NCBI GenBank assembly: GCA_951406725.2
Contig: OX597815.1
Location: 152,148,001-152,212,000, forward strand
DNA: 64,000 nucleotides
Direction: 5' to 3'
Source: Octopus vulgaris
Taxonomy: Eukaryota
Shown here: piece after piece, positions 27,357 to 41,287 of the stretch
Numbering within the stretch: the stretch's first letter is position 1
Layout: each line of letters starts with the position of its first letter
Notes under the pieces: model-generated
The model's input: the letters and a program-made list of their open reading frames with translations, nothing else
The model's database searches: none
What the model was told of the DNA's origin: nothing
Made by a program: the position numbers and the translations under genes

Positions 27357-30300
27357 GTATGTACATACACGCACACACACATACGTATAGTTACATATGT
27401 ATATATATTCATACAGTCAATCATTTTACATGTCTATTATCTCACTAAAACTTTAAAAGCAAATTTCTGTTTTATTCCTACTTTAATACATGGGTACACA
27501 CACTCACACACTACATGATATATATATATGAAGAAATATTGGTCATAGAACAAACATTAAATTCGTGTCGACGACTTTATATAACACCATACCTCAAGCA
27601 TTTAAACAGATATAAATATCACCATGGTTCTTAAACACATAAAAGATATTTTAAAAAATACATATGCATAAAAACACAGAAGGTAAAAATATATGTGCAA
27701 ATAAAATACGAATAGAACGGCCTGTCATAAGAGGTAAATATAAATGACTAAAAAATCATAAAAAAGTGTGCCATACTCTTTTACTTGTTTCAGTCATTTG
27801 ACTTCGACCATGCTGGAGCACCGCCTTTAGTCAAGCAAATCGACCCCAGGACTTATTCTTTGTAAACCTAGTACTTATTCTAGCGGTCTCTTTTGCCAAA
27901 CCGCTAAGTTACAGGGATGTAAACACACCAGCATCGGTTGTCAAGCGATGTTGGGGTCACAAGCACAGACACACAAACATATACACACATATATATACGA
28001 TGGGCTTCTTTCAGTTTCCATCTATCAAATCCACACACAAGGCTATGGTCGGCCTGAGGCTATAGTAGAAGACAATTACCCAAGGTGCCACACAGTAGGA
28101 TTGAACCTGGAACCATGTGGTTGGTAAGCAAACTACTTACGACACAGCCAGTCCTGTGCTTCACTACCCCCACCCCCCAAAAAAACTAAAAAACTAAGAT
28201 AAAATAAAATATCAAACAACTAAAAAAGTTTTGCCAAATGATTAAAAATATTTTTTAAAGTTTTTTTCCTTCCCTCATTTATTTTTGTCTCACATTTGAA
28301 CACTTCTTTTTTGCAGTCCTATAAACCCTTTTGTTTCTAAAAGAAGAGACAAATACTATTTCTTGTTGTATATATATATGTATATATATATGTATATATA
28401 TATACCAGGGTAAGCACACAAATACGAAACAAGGTGGAAAAAATAGTACTCGAATACCAGAGGGAGAGTAATATGCTTTATTAAAAAGCAGCAAAAATAT
28501 CAAAAAAACTGTTACTCAGAGTTTTACATTCCCGTTTGTCAAACAGTTTTTTTTTTGGGGTGGGGGAAGCAAAAATAAGGCCAGAATTTTTCAAAAGCTC
28601 GATAATGCTCATGTGGCATCGATTTTTGCAAGCTCAATCGGGCATTTGAAGGAAAATTCTCATAACGATATTATTTTTCCTGCAGCTTTTGTATTTTTTG
28701 TCCAATTTTGATGAAAATCAATGAGTGAGCGAGGCACATGGCAGTGAGTTGATGTCAGTATATAGCATTTACAAAAAGTTGATAATTACGCCTGAGCAGT
28801 GGCTTTATAAAATCAATAGGCTTTTTACATGCAAATACCCACAGGGATTTTATTTTTTACTGTAACTTTTATATTCTTCGTCTGATTTTAATGAAATTTG
28901 AGATGAGATTTAGGTCAATTTTGTGGTAGGGGAGACGGCAAAGGTTTTAATTTAATTCCAGAGGAATTCGAAGGGCACAAGAGTGTTTCAGCTTTTCAAA
29001 AAAAAAAAAAAGAATAAACACAAAAAAACACAACGCAAGGACGTGGTACAAGTAATGTATTAGCAGTCGCCCAGGGAAGGAAAGCAAGATGGTTTAACAT
29101 TTCGAAGACATGCTCTTCTTTGGAAACAGGTAAGTCCAATAGAAGGGAAGACAGAAGAAAACGATACACACACGCACACATACATACATATATATATATA
29201 TATACACACACACACGACTGCATGTATGTGTGTATATATGTCGTGCCAAGACGTCTTGCAATCATATATCAATAGTTTGTGAGATTAAATCTGATTCCTT
29301 GGCAAAGGTGATATTTTTATAGGTTCCCATGGAATTATTGACCCTTGCTTCCCACATACTACTATCGTGCTTGCTAAAGTATTGTTATGTCATGTTTTAT
29401 ATATAATTATCGTAAAATATTTTCTCATATGTCAATTATATAACGACTTAACCATTAATAAATCAGGCACAATTACATCAGAGAATAAACGACACTTACC
29501 ATAGAAACCTCTCTTGTTACACAACTTTCCAGTGCAACAATTAACACAAGAAGTTCCACTACTCCATGTCTTACAAGTAAGGGCATTGTTTCCCATAGCT
29601 TCAACACATTTTCTGTATGTGCTGCAGGATCTTTCTAACTTCCATGTCACACCAGTCATTGACATTGTATTCTGACATACAGCCTGTAATAATAAATATA
29701 AAAGTTATATACTGCTACTCCTGCTGCTTCAGTTGTTGTTGCTGCTGCTGCTGCTGCTACTACTACTAACAATGATTATAAAAATATTGTTTGTTTTATC
29801 ATCCACAAAGGCACTAAAGGGCATAAAAACATGAAACTTCCAGAAGTTACAAAGAAAGAAAGTATAACGTTTGTATATACAAAGAGAAGGACGTTATATG
29901 ATACAGGGAACGAAGTATTAGGAATTTTAAAGGTACACACATGCACACACACACACATACAAGCATATACATACACATATATATATACACACACACACAG
30001 ACATATATATATAATATATCACCATCATCATAGTTTAACGTCTGCTTTCCATGCTGGCATGGGCTGCACGGTTTCACTGAGGGCTGGCAAGCCAGGAGGC
30101 TGCACCAGGCTCCAATCTGATCTGGCAATGTTTCTACAGCTGGATGCCCTTCCTAACGCCAACCACTCCGAGAGTGTAGTGGATGCTTTTTACGTGCCAC
30201 TGGCTCCAGGGGCCAGTCAGGGGATACTGGCATCAGCTGTATATATACACACACGCACACACACATATGCATGGCATAGTGGTTACAGTGTTGCACTCAT

Positions 30301-33300
30301 GATTGCGAGATTGTGGTTTCAATTCCCAGACCAGGCATTGCATTGTATTCTTGAGCAAAGCACTTCATTTTACACTGCTCTGCAATCATTTTGTCATCTG
30401 ACATGTAGCACATGGTGTACATGTACAGGTAATGTCGATATGATGGAGGGAATGAGCTTATGTGAACACAGACGTTTGATCACTATAAACAATCATCAGT
30501 GTTGTTGTTTGGTAAGAATTTGCAAGACTCTCATACATCGTCTAACGACAAAAGAGTCCATAACAAGCAAATTTATATATACAGAACAAACAAATTAGCT
30601 GGTTATAAAATATCTATAAGAGATAAAATCATTAGCAATACTGAGAAGTAATGTTTATCGCCACTTAAACATGGCTCTTCCATAGAGACTTACATTAAAT
30701 TGAAAGATAACAGGACACTTTTTGCAAAGAACATATTAGTTATTTTTAACGCCGAGAGGACGCCTCTTCCAGCTGGTTATTCGATACAATCTACACCCAA
30801 TATATACCATGTATATTCCAAACAGGGGAGAGAACCCCCACATTTTTCAAGTCACGAGACCACTTGACTATACGGTTTCAACATCTTTGTGGTCATACAC
30901 ACTGGTGGATACTCGCGCACTAGAAATAGCAGGAGTTCACTCCAGCTAGCAATACATTGAAAACAAAGTCACACATGGTCACTGATCTTGCAACAAGCAA
31001 ACTAGTTCATTTCCTTATTGCAAGATCAGTGACTATGTGTCGTTTGTTTTTCTATGACTCTTCTGAGGGATATCTTCTTTCTATAAGATGAATTTAGATG
31101 ATTTAGGACTCAAATAATCGTGATGAAAGTATTTTGAAGGAAGATATCATAACATCAACTCATAAGACAATATTTACACAGTTTTCAGATATTTATATTT
31201 TAGTGACATATTACAACACAAAAGTAAAAAATAACATCTTAATTTACCTCGGCACCTGGACAAATTGTCACATCAGAATCAGTGCACTTGTTTGTTGAAC
31301 ACGTTTGACATTGCAAATTCTCTTGAAAAAGTTTGTAGTCTAAAGAATTAAAAAAAATATCAACAGTTAGGAATCAGACTCATTATGTATCGAAATAATA
31401 TGAAATATTTAGTTTGTGATGAAGAGTAAATGTGAATGTGGTCGTGCGGAGATCAATACATAATAAATATAAGTTAAATTGAATGTGGAGTGATAAGGTA
31501 TTAACTTTGAGTTTTAATTTAAATACGGTGATATTTTTCAACATTAAACTAACAAATGAACGTAATTAAATGTTTAAATTAGTATTGTTTACAAAATACA
31601 AAATCATCATCATCATCATCATCGTTTAACGTCCGCTTTCCATGCTAGCATGGGTTGGACGGTTCAATTGGGGTCTGGCAAGCCCGAAGGCTACACCAGG
31701 CCAGTCAGATTTGGCAGTGTTTCTACAGCTGGATGCCCTTCCTAACGCCAACCACTCCGAGAGTGTAGTGGGTGATTTTATGTGCCACCGACACAGGTGC
31801 CAGACGAGGCTGGCAGACGGCCACACTCGGATGGTGTTTTTTATGTGCCACCAACACAGGTGCCAGACGAGGCTGGCAGACGGCCACGCTCGGATGGTGT
31901 TTTTTTTATGTGCCACCGACACAGGTGCCAGACGAGGCTGGCAGACGGCCACGCTCGGATATGGTGTTTTCGGTGTTTTTCTTATGTGCCACCGACACAA
32001 GTGCCAGACGAGGCTGGCGAACGGCTACGATCGGATGGTGTTTGTTACGTGCCCACAGCACGGAGGCCAGTCGATGCGGTACTGGCTATGGTCCCGTTCG
32101 GATGGTTTTCTTATGTGCCACCGGCACTGGTACCACAGGAATACAAATTCCATTGATGTTCATCTATTTTGATTTGGTTTGGCTTGATTCGATTTGACTT
32201 GCCTCAACAGGTCTTCACAAGTGTCACAAGCAGGAAGGTATGCACAGGTGGACTGACTACGTCCCAGGTAGGGGCCACGGGTTATGGCTTCACTAGTCTT
32301 GCCGGGTCTTCTCACGCACAGCATACTTCCATAGGTCTCGGTCTCTAGTCATTTCCATGGTGAAACCTAACATTCGAAGATCGTGCTTCACCACCTCGTC
32401 CCAGGTTTTCCTGGGTCTACCTCTTCCACGGGTTCCCTCAACTGCTAGGGATTGGCACTTTCTCACACACCTATCTTCATCCATTCTCGCCACATGACCA
32501 TACCAGCGCAATCGTCTCTCTTGCACGCAACAACTGATGCTTCTTAGGTACAACATTTCTCTCAGGGAACTAACGCTCTGTCGAGTAAGTACACTGACAT
32601 TACACATCCATCGGAGCATACTGGCTTCATTCCTCATGAGCTTACGCATGTCCTCAGTAGTCACGGCCCATGTTTCACTGCCATGTAGCATGGCAGTTCG
32701 AACACATGCATCATACAGTCTGCCCTTTACTCTGAGCGAGAGGCCTTTAGTCACCAGCAGAGGTAAGAGCTCCCTAAACTTTGCCCAGGCTATTCTTATT
32801 CTAGCAGTTACACTCTCAGCGCACCCACCCCCACTGCTGACTTGGTCACCTAGATAACGGAAGCTATCAACTACTTCTAATTTTTCCCCCTGGAAAGTGA
32901 CGGAAGTTGTTTTCTGCAGATTTTCGGAGGTCAATGCTCCCGAGCATCTGCCACATATAAAAACTATATTCCCAGTTAGCCTACCTTTGACATTGCTGCA
33001 CCTCTTATGTGTCCATAGCTTACACTGGGTGCATCTTATAGAGTTTCTACCTACACCTTTTCTACAGATCGAGCAGGGCCATCTTCCTGAGGACATTTGT
33101 GGATTGCCTACCTTTCTACTTATTAGTACTTTGGTTTTAGCTAGGTTGACTCTAAGGCCCCTCGCTTCTAAACCCTCCTTCCACACCTGGAACTTCTCCT
33201 CCAGTTCTGATAGTGACTCAGCAATTAGAGCGAGGTCGTCAGCATAGAGGAGCTCCCAGGGGCAACCTGTCTTGAATTCCTCTGTTATTGCCTGGAGGAC

Positions 33301-36300
33301 TATGATAAATAGGAGGGGGCTGAGTACTGAACCCTGGTGGACCCCAACCTCTACTTTGAATTCTTCTGTGTACATGTTGCCAACCCTAACCTTGCTTACG
33401 GCATCTCTGTACATGGCTTGCACAGCCCTCACCAGCCATTCATCTATCCCTAGTTTCCTCATTGACCACCAGATGAGGGATCGGGGGACCCTATCAAAGG
33501 CTTTCTCCATATCAATGAAAGCCAGGTACAGGGGCTTATCTTTGGCTAGGTATTTCTCCTGCAGCTGCCTTACCAGGAATATAGCATCAGTGGTACTTTT
33601 CCCTGGCACAAACCCAAACTGCATCTCATCTAAACTAACTCTCTCTCTAATTAGTTGGGCTATGACCCTCTCCGTAACCTTCATTACCTGATCCAACAGC
33701 TTGATACCTCTGTAATTATTTGTATCTAGGGCATCACCTTTACCTTTGTAGCAGTTGACTAGTATGCTGCTACACCAGTCATTGGGTATGACTCCTTCGT
33801 GTATCACCTGGTTGACTATACGGGTGACTAGGTTATAGCCGACACTGCCAGATATTTTGAGCATCTCTGCAGTAATTTCTGATGGGCCTGGGGCTTTCCC
33901 TGTCTTCATGCTTCTAATTGCCTTAGCTACCACGGAACTATCAACTCGGATAGCTGGTCCCTCTGTTGGGTCAACATTCGGCAGACTCTCTTTATCCCAT
34001 TCATTTTCTTTATTCAGCAACCTTTCATAGTGGCATCTCCAAACCTCTCTCTTTGCATCCTCATTTAGCGCAAGTGAACCATCATCCATGCGAACACACT
34101 TCTCTCCTACCACATCACGATTCTCTCTCACACACTGTCTTGCAACACGAAATACCTCAAGTCTTTCATCCTCACGGCGCAGAACATTGGCAAATTTTTT
34201 CTTATCTGCTTCCCCTCTGGCTAAATAAACCTGTCTCCTAGCCTCCCTTCTGGCTGTCTGATACAATTCCCTGCTACCACCGTTCTTCCAGTCCTTCCAA
34301 GCCTGTCTCTTTTGTCTAATAGCCCTGTCAACCACAGTGTTCCACCATCATGTTACTCCGGGTTGAGATGGTACTTTGCTCCATCCACAGATCTGGTCAG
34401 TGGTTGTCAGCAGATTGTCCCGTAGAAATCTCCAGTTGTCTTCCACATTAAGTGAAGCTATATCCTCTTCTATTTCGTCAAAGGCTTCGAGTAGTGTTTA
34501 AATTTTTTAAAAACTATTCATGGTGTGGAGAGAAATATTTCTTTGAATTAACCTCATTGTATTACTGGTTCATGTTTATTGGGGGTGATTGAACGGTCAA
34601 ACTGATATCATCTGAGAGCACAGGAGGCCCAAAACCAAACCCTGTAACTTATATCATCTGATGGGATACGACTGATGCCAAAACAGTATGTTTTCAGTAA
34701 CAACAATGATAACAATTACAATTCAGTTTTTGCTTTAACACAACGCCACAAATATTTGGGATGCTTGTCATTATATTCACCATCATCATTTAACGTCCAC
34801 TTTCGATGCTAGCATGGGTTGGACGGTTTGATTAAGGACTGTCGAGCCAGGAGGCTGCACCAGGCTCCAATCTGATCTGGTAAAGTTTCTACAACTTGAT
34901 GCCGTTCCAAACGCCAACCACTCAGAGTGTAGTATTTGCTTTTTACAAGCCACTGGCACAGGAGCAAGTCAGGTAGTACTGATATTGGTGACACTCAATG
35001 GTGCTTTTTACATGCCACGGGCACGGGATCCAGTTAGGTGGAACTGGCAAAAACCATGCTCAAATGGTGCTTTTTATGTGCCACCGACACAGGAATCGGT
35101 CAAGCAGCATTGGCAACAACCACACTCGAGTGGTCCTTTTTATGTGCCACTGGCATTAGTATTTATTCTGTATGGGTAGTTTAGATCAGTCTACTGAAGA
35201 ACGACTTGCTCAGAGTCGCTTGCTATGATGTAGTGCTAAAAAGAATCTAAAAGGAGGACAACTGCACAGAAAGCAAGAGTCCCACCGGCTTCTGATTCTG
35301 ATGTTACAGACCCCCTTTGTAACCATTGATTTCATTCCTAAAATGGGCTTAAAGTCACCTCAGGACTCACAAAGAGACATTAAAGATGACCCTGATAATA
35401 ATAATAATATATTTCATCGACCCTAAAAATATGAAAGGTGAAGTGCACATCGGCAGGACTTCAATACAGAACTTAAAGGTATGTTGCTAAATATTGCAAA
35501 TGCTTTTGGTCACTCATCTATTGGTCATATCATTATCCTCCAAAATGAGGCTAGTAATAATAAAGTAACAACGAAAGCAAAGAAAATTTTTAACTACTTT
35601 CACATTGTGAATATTGCAATATATCTGTTAAGCTGTTTTGGTCATTTAGGCAAGAGCCATAAACATTCATATATCTGCTATATTCTTGCTTCATATAATC
35701 AACAAAAGCTGGCAGATGGCATCCACAGGCCATGTTGTCATTGTGTCTCAGGTCACTGTAATTATAGAGAGAAGATCAACAAAATTTGCATAAGATCAAT
35801 TGAGAAATCTTTGATTTAATTTGACTCAAGAATCATGTAATTTAGAAATTATATAACGTCTGTGTGTGTGTGTGTGCGTGCGTGCATGGGTGCATGTGAG
35901 TGTATGGCATTATTCAGTTTTATTTCAAGATTTCTTGCCAATAGAGAAAGAGCCAGTTTCTAACCTAGAACCAAGGCTCCTTCATTGGAATTTCAACATC
36001 AACAACATGGTATGTATGTATGTATGTATGTATGTATGTGCAGATTTTTATATTTTAGGTATGAATTCTCAGGCATATAGTTGCATATTTAGACATGCTC
36101 ATATATTTAAATGATAAACTTCTGGAAAGTTTTACTGATTTTTACAGTTCCAGCATTGGATTGGATCTGTAGTCTTCGAATTAGATTTCTCCTTTCTAGT
36201 TTGGAGAAGCCTGATATCTCAAGATTGATAATTAGGCAGTGTATTACCTATCTCAGGGCCCCAATAATTACAGATACGAACCTGAAGTTGTAATCTGGAT

Positions 36301-39300
36301 AGAGTAACTGCAGATTTGTTTGTTTGTTTGTTTGTTTGTGTGTGTGTGTGTGCGTGTGTGTGTATGTATGTATGTATGTATGTATGAATGCATGCATGTA
36401 TGTACAGAGTGTTCGGGCTAAATTTGTTTGCATAAAAGGTAAAAAAACCACAATATCCCATTGAAACTAAAATTATTTAAAAAAATAAAATGTTCCAACT
36501 AGATTATGGCTGGTAGATAACAGTTTACCCAGAATAGCCACACTCAGCTTCCACTGCGGGCTCAAGACAGCTCCAGAACCTGGCGATGCGTCCCTCACTC
36601 TGCCCCTCTAAAAATCCTTGAAGGCCTCCTTGATCTTGGCCACCTCTTACTTGAATGCAGCCTTGACAATGACAAAGCACAATACTTGGAAATAGTTGCT
36701 TTAACCCAATAAGATTTAAACAAATGTATCACTATTTATTGTCAAGTTTTAAACCAACTATTGTGAATTTGAAAATATCTTTTTATAAAGTGTTTGATTT
36801 TCTTATAAACAAAGAACTTTGATATGCTTACATGTTAGTTAGGCTGGAGAGGAATAAGAAAGCACCATCTTCATACCCTTGTATTTGGTTATTGCTCATA
36901 TTTCTGAAAGAAAGAAATAGATAAATATTATGTATGTTAAAATCAGTAAAAGGCAATAAAGCTGTTTTCTCCAGTTTGTAAGTGTTGAAAGTTTTTTTAA
37001 GTCCCCACTGACTCAGTAAATTCTCACGAACATGGGGCAGTTCTTTATTTTTCTGTATGATTCTCCTGTGTATTTTGGAAAGGGTTGAATACATCAATCT
37101 GACTTGGATGTGCTAATGAAAACAAAACTCTTTTGTGAAGTCCCAATAACACAATAAAGAGCAAAATATAATACAAGTAAAAACCACAACAATGTTGAAG
37201 GTGCCAGCTGAGCAAAGAAGGATGTTTAAAAAGCTTGGTTTTGGAAACAAGCCTCCCTTTTTGCGCAGGTGATACGCTGAGACACAAAAAGCTGCATCAA
37301 AAACAGTAAATAAAAACGTTTAAGCCTAAGTTGTGGAAGGTTTAGGAGTTAATCTGGATGCTGACTTAAGATTAGCCAATAAAATATTCTGGTAGACACC
37401 CACTCGACTTTGTAAAAAGAAGCACTCTGCTATTAAGAACTCAGCTGTAGTTCTTCTCCTTGCAGAGAAGAGCACCCTTGGGAGCTGGAGAGAATACTTT
37501 CATTATTTCCAAAGTCCAGTCGCAATAAAATCTTCTGATAGACATGAGATGCATTTATGGAAGAAGCTAAACTTCCAGATGTCAGAGAGGAGATTAAAGT
37601 ATTCGAAAGTGGTGAGGCTGCTGGAGAGTATGAAATTCGATGAGTAATATTAAAAAACCTTAAATAGAGATGGTATTCTCTCAGGCTGACTCATGTATGC
37701 CAGATGGTTTGGACCTCTAGAAAGATACCAATCCAATGGCAATCTGGGGTGATATTCAAAATTTTTAAAAAGGGAATGTATAGAGGAATCTCCTTGTTGA
37801 GCCTCCTTGGTAAAGCCTAGGCTAGGTGTCAGAAAAAAGAAGTGTAAGTAAATTGCTGAGCCCAAGCTAACTGAAGGAATGAGTAGCATCTCTCCTGAAT
37901 GCAGCACAACCAACCAGATATTCACTCTACAGTATATCTTCAAGAAATCGAGGGAATATTGCAAAGATGCATACGATTTCTTTGTAGACCTTGAAAAGGC
38001 ATATAACCATGATGGTGATACATGCTGTGGAGAATTTATGATTATTGAGCATTTTCTGGTTGCTGTGAAGTTCCTATCTGTATGCCCTGGTGTCGACTTA
38101 TAGTAAATAAATCTTCGTACAGAATAAAGGATTAATTCAATTAATGGAACAGCCTGCTCATGAAATTAATGTGTAAGTGGTTGAGCATTCCACACTTGCA
38201 TGACACAGAGTGTGACAAAGACAGCTTTTTGAATTACAACTCGTTTTTGTCAGCCAAGTGGGCTGGAGCAACAAGAAATAACGTGTCTTGATCCAGGACA
38301 CAATGCATCAGCAGGAATCGAACTCAAATCTTACAATTGAATACCCTAAGCCACTTGCCTTCATATATATATATATTCAAGTTTGTTGAATTATGATAAA
38401 AAAATTTACATTAAATTGAAAGATAACAGGACACTTTTTGCAAAGAACATATTTATTATCCTTTTACAAGAATAGTGTTGACAATGACTTCAAAGGTTCG
38501 GTCTATTTAGCCTTTATCGGACTGTCAATCCAATAAAAGCAAATCTAGCCGAAACTTTGATGTTACTGTCGATACATGCAGTGGCTTTTAGAACTAGCAA
38601 GTCGCTTGCATTTTTTGTTGCAGATGTGGCATTCATATCCATGTGTTGCAAGTAAGTGTTCTCTTGGCACAACACCTTGATTATGAACTTTTATGTGCCT
38701 TATGAGTTCAGATCAGCTGGAAAATTTCTTACTACATATCAGATTCGCTATCAGAAATTGTTATATGTCATAAACATCTGTTATGCATATGATACATAAA
38801 AAGTCAAGGAAGGCAGTGTAAATACATGATATCTCAGATGCTTAAATATCACATGTGCATTCACATAACGGCACAGACCTGTGTGTGTGTGAGAGACAGA
38901 GAGAGACAAAGAGGGAAAAAGAAAGAGAGAGAGAGCATATGTAGATAAAATAAGAGAGACTGGGAGAGATAAACTGAGAAAAAGTGATAGACGGGGACAA
39001 TAAATTTTTAGAAGTGTTATCGAAACTCTTTCAGCAAGTCAAATCCAACTTACAATGTCCTTAAATTGCTAAGGGTGTTGAAAGTTCCTGCTCCAATATA
39101 CGTGATGTCATTATGAAGGAGAGATCTGTAACATAAAAATGGAACCACTAAGAAGCTATACAGAACAGATTTGTTAAAAATATAACATATTAGGGTTAAA
39201 TTTAATATAAAATAAGAAATTGTTATTTACAGAAAATGAAAAATTAGTATGAATGAAATCAAACAAAATAGAGATATTTTGGTTAAATTTAATATGTGCT

Positions 39301-41243
39301 TTTCAGATTTGCGTAATATATATAATAGGAAATGCATTGATTACATAAACCCTCCTCAGTTAAAACATCCAAAAAGTTTTTGAAATGCTTTAACTGAGAA
39401 GAGTTTACCAAATTATTTCAAAATATCATTCTTTGATTTGACTTCATTATTACAACTTATCTTGCACACATACAAACATCTATATATCTGTGTGTGTGTG
39501 TATGTGTGTGTAAGTACTCAACACGAGTGTGAACACAAACACCCACACATATATACACATACACACTTATGTATGAGTATACACTACGATGTCATCATGA
39601 GTGGAGTATAAACTTTGTTAAAACTAGCAGCTAAATCCTTTACAAATCACACAGCAGTGTCTTGATATATGCATAATCAATGTATTCTAAATATACTATA
39701 GACAAGCCACAGCAAAATGTTTATAGATAGACTAGCACACACACATGCGTGCACGTAGTGATACAATTCATGTATTCACAGATCTACAGACATGCTAACA
39801 TACACATAAACACATTCACACACACAAATTAATTAGATGCCCAGCATTATCCTCACCAAGAAAAACACCACCATAAAGAGTTGTGGTTCACACATGTTCT
39901 GCCTAAGCATAGTTCCCTGAAAATATTTGATAGACACACTTCAAGAGTTTACTTTAGTGGGGCATCCAACATACAGTAAATATTAATTGATAAGCTCATA
40001 TCTGAGGTAGAGGCAAGATGCTCATGCTAGGGCAACATGTCCCTTTCATGGCCACTGAAACACAGAGACAGCTATATATGAAGCATAGGTGACATCAAAG
40101 CACAAGCAGGCAGTCGAATGTGCAGAAGTATGTGGGCATGAAAGGTGGTCCTTTCAGTACTAGATTGGACAACCATAAGTTTTTCTCTAATGTGCAGGAG
40201 AGACATAATGCCACAGCTCTGACCAGATATGTATGGACGTTGATGAAAAGCACCATAAATCATAACATCAATTGGAGAGTCCTAGAGAAGTGCAAGCCTT
40301 ATTTCAACTAAGCAAGGCAACAAAGGAATTACGTTAAAAAAACTCTCTTCACCCAGACATTTGCAAAAGCAAATGTCTGATATCATGTCCACATGATAGA
40401 AAATATGTGATTGCTCAACAACGGGCTCTGTTGTGATTATAAATGCTGTGACCTCCAGCATCGGTCCTTCAATCATCACCACCCAAGAACCCAGTAAAGT
40501 TTTAAGCTCACCAAACCATCCACAAATATACACACATAAGGTAAGATGATTTAGTGCCCGCCTAGTTCCCCATCCTAAAACCCCCAACATCACTCCAAGC
40601 TTGCTGACAACCAGCACTCAAGGTTTGGGGAGAGCAAGGGACATAACACTTGGTGGATTCTTTCATTGACTGCCTCTCATGAATTTGTTTTATCTTTTTC
40701 ACAGCACCCATAAATCACATGTAACACTTTCTCACCTCCAGTAAAATAGAGCAATCACCAATGTTTTCACGCTGGTCAACTCTGATGATTGCAGTTATTA
40801 GATGATTGTTTGAATGTCTAATATCTTGTGCAAAACCGATTTGTGAGATTGGCCATAATGTATCTACAATATTGTATACTTTGATTCATATAGGAGTGGT
40901 TGCAAGGTAAGAAGCCTACTTGCCAACCACATGACCCTTGGTTCAGTCCCACTGCATGACACTTTGGACAAGTGTCTTCTACTGCAGTCTCAGGCCAACC
41001 AAGTGGATTTGGTAGATGGAAACTGAAAGAAGCCTGTTGTATATGTTAGTGTCCCATCACTATTTGACAATTAGTGTTGTTGTGTTTATGTAACTAAGTG
41101 GTTCGACAAAAAAAAATTGATAGAATAATACCAGACTTAAAAATTAAAAGTTCTAGAGTCAATTCATTCTACTAAAATCCTTCAAGGCGATGCCCCAGCA
41201 TGGCCGCAGTTTAATGGGTGAAACAAGTAACATAATAAAAGAA

Positions 41244-41287
<44 letters not shown>

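Noticed and set aside
29831-30598. 255-aa plus-strand ORF
   Set aside because: Chance read-through of a microsatellite and two short repeat elements; antisense to the real gene.
31776-32130. Regular ~55-60-bp repeats resembling a CRISPR array
   Set aside because: Eukaryotic context, no unique spacers and no cas genes; this is the tandem-repeat 3' UTR of the RTE LINE.
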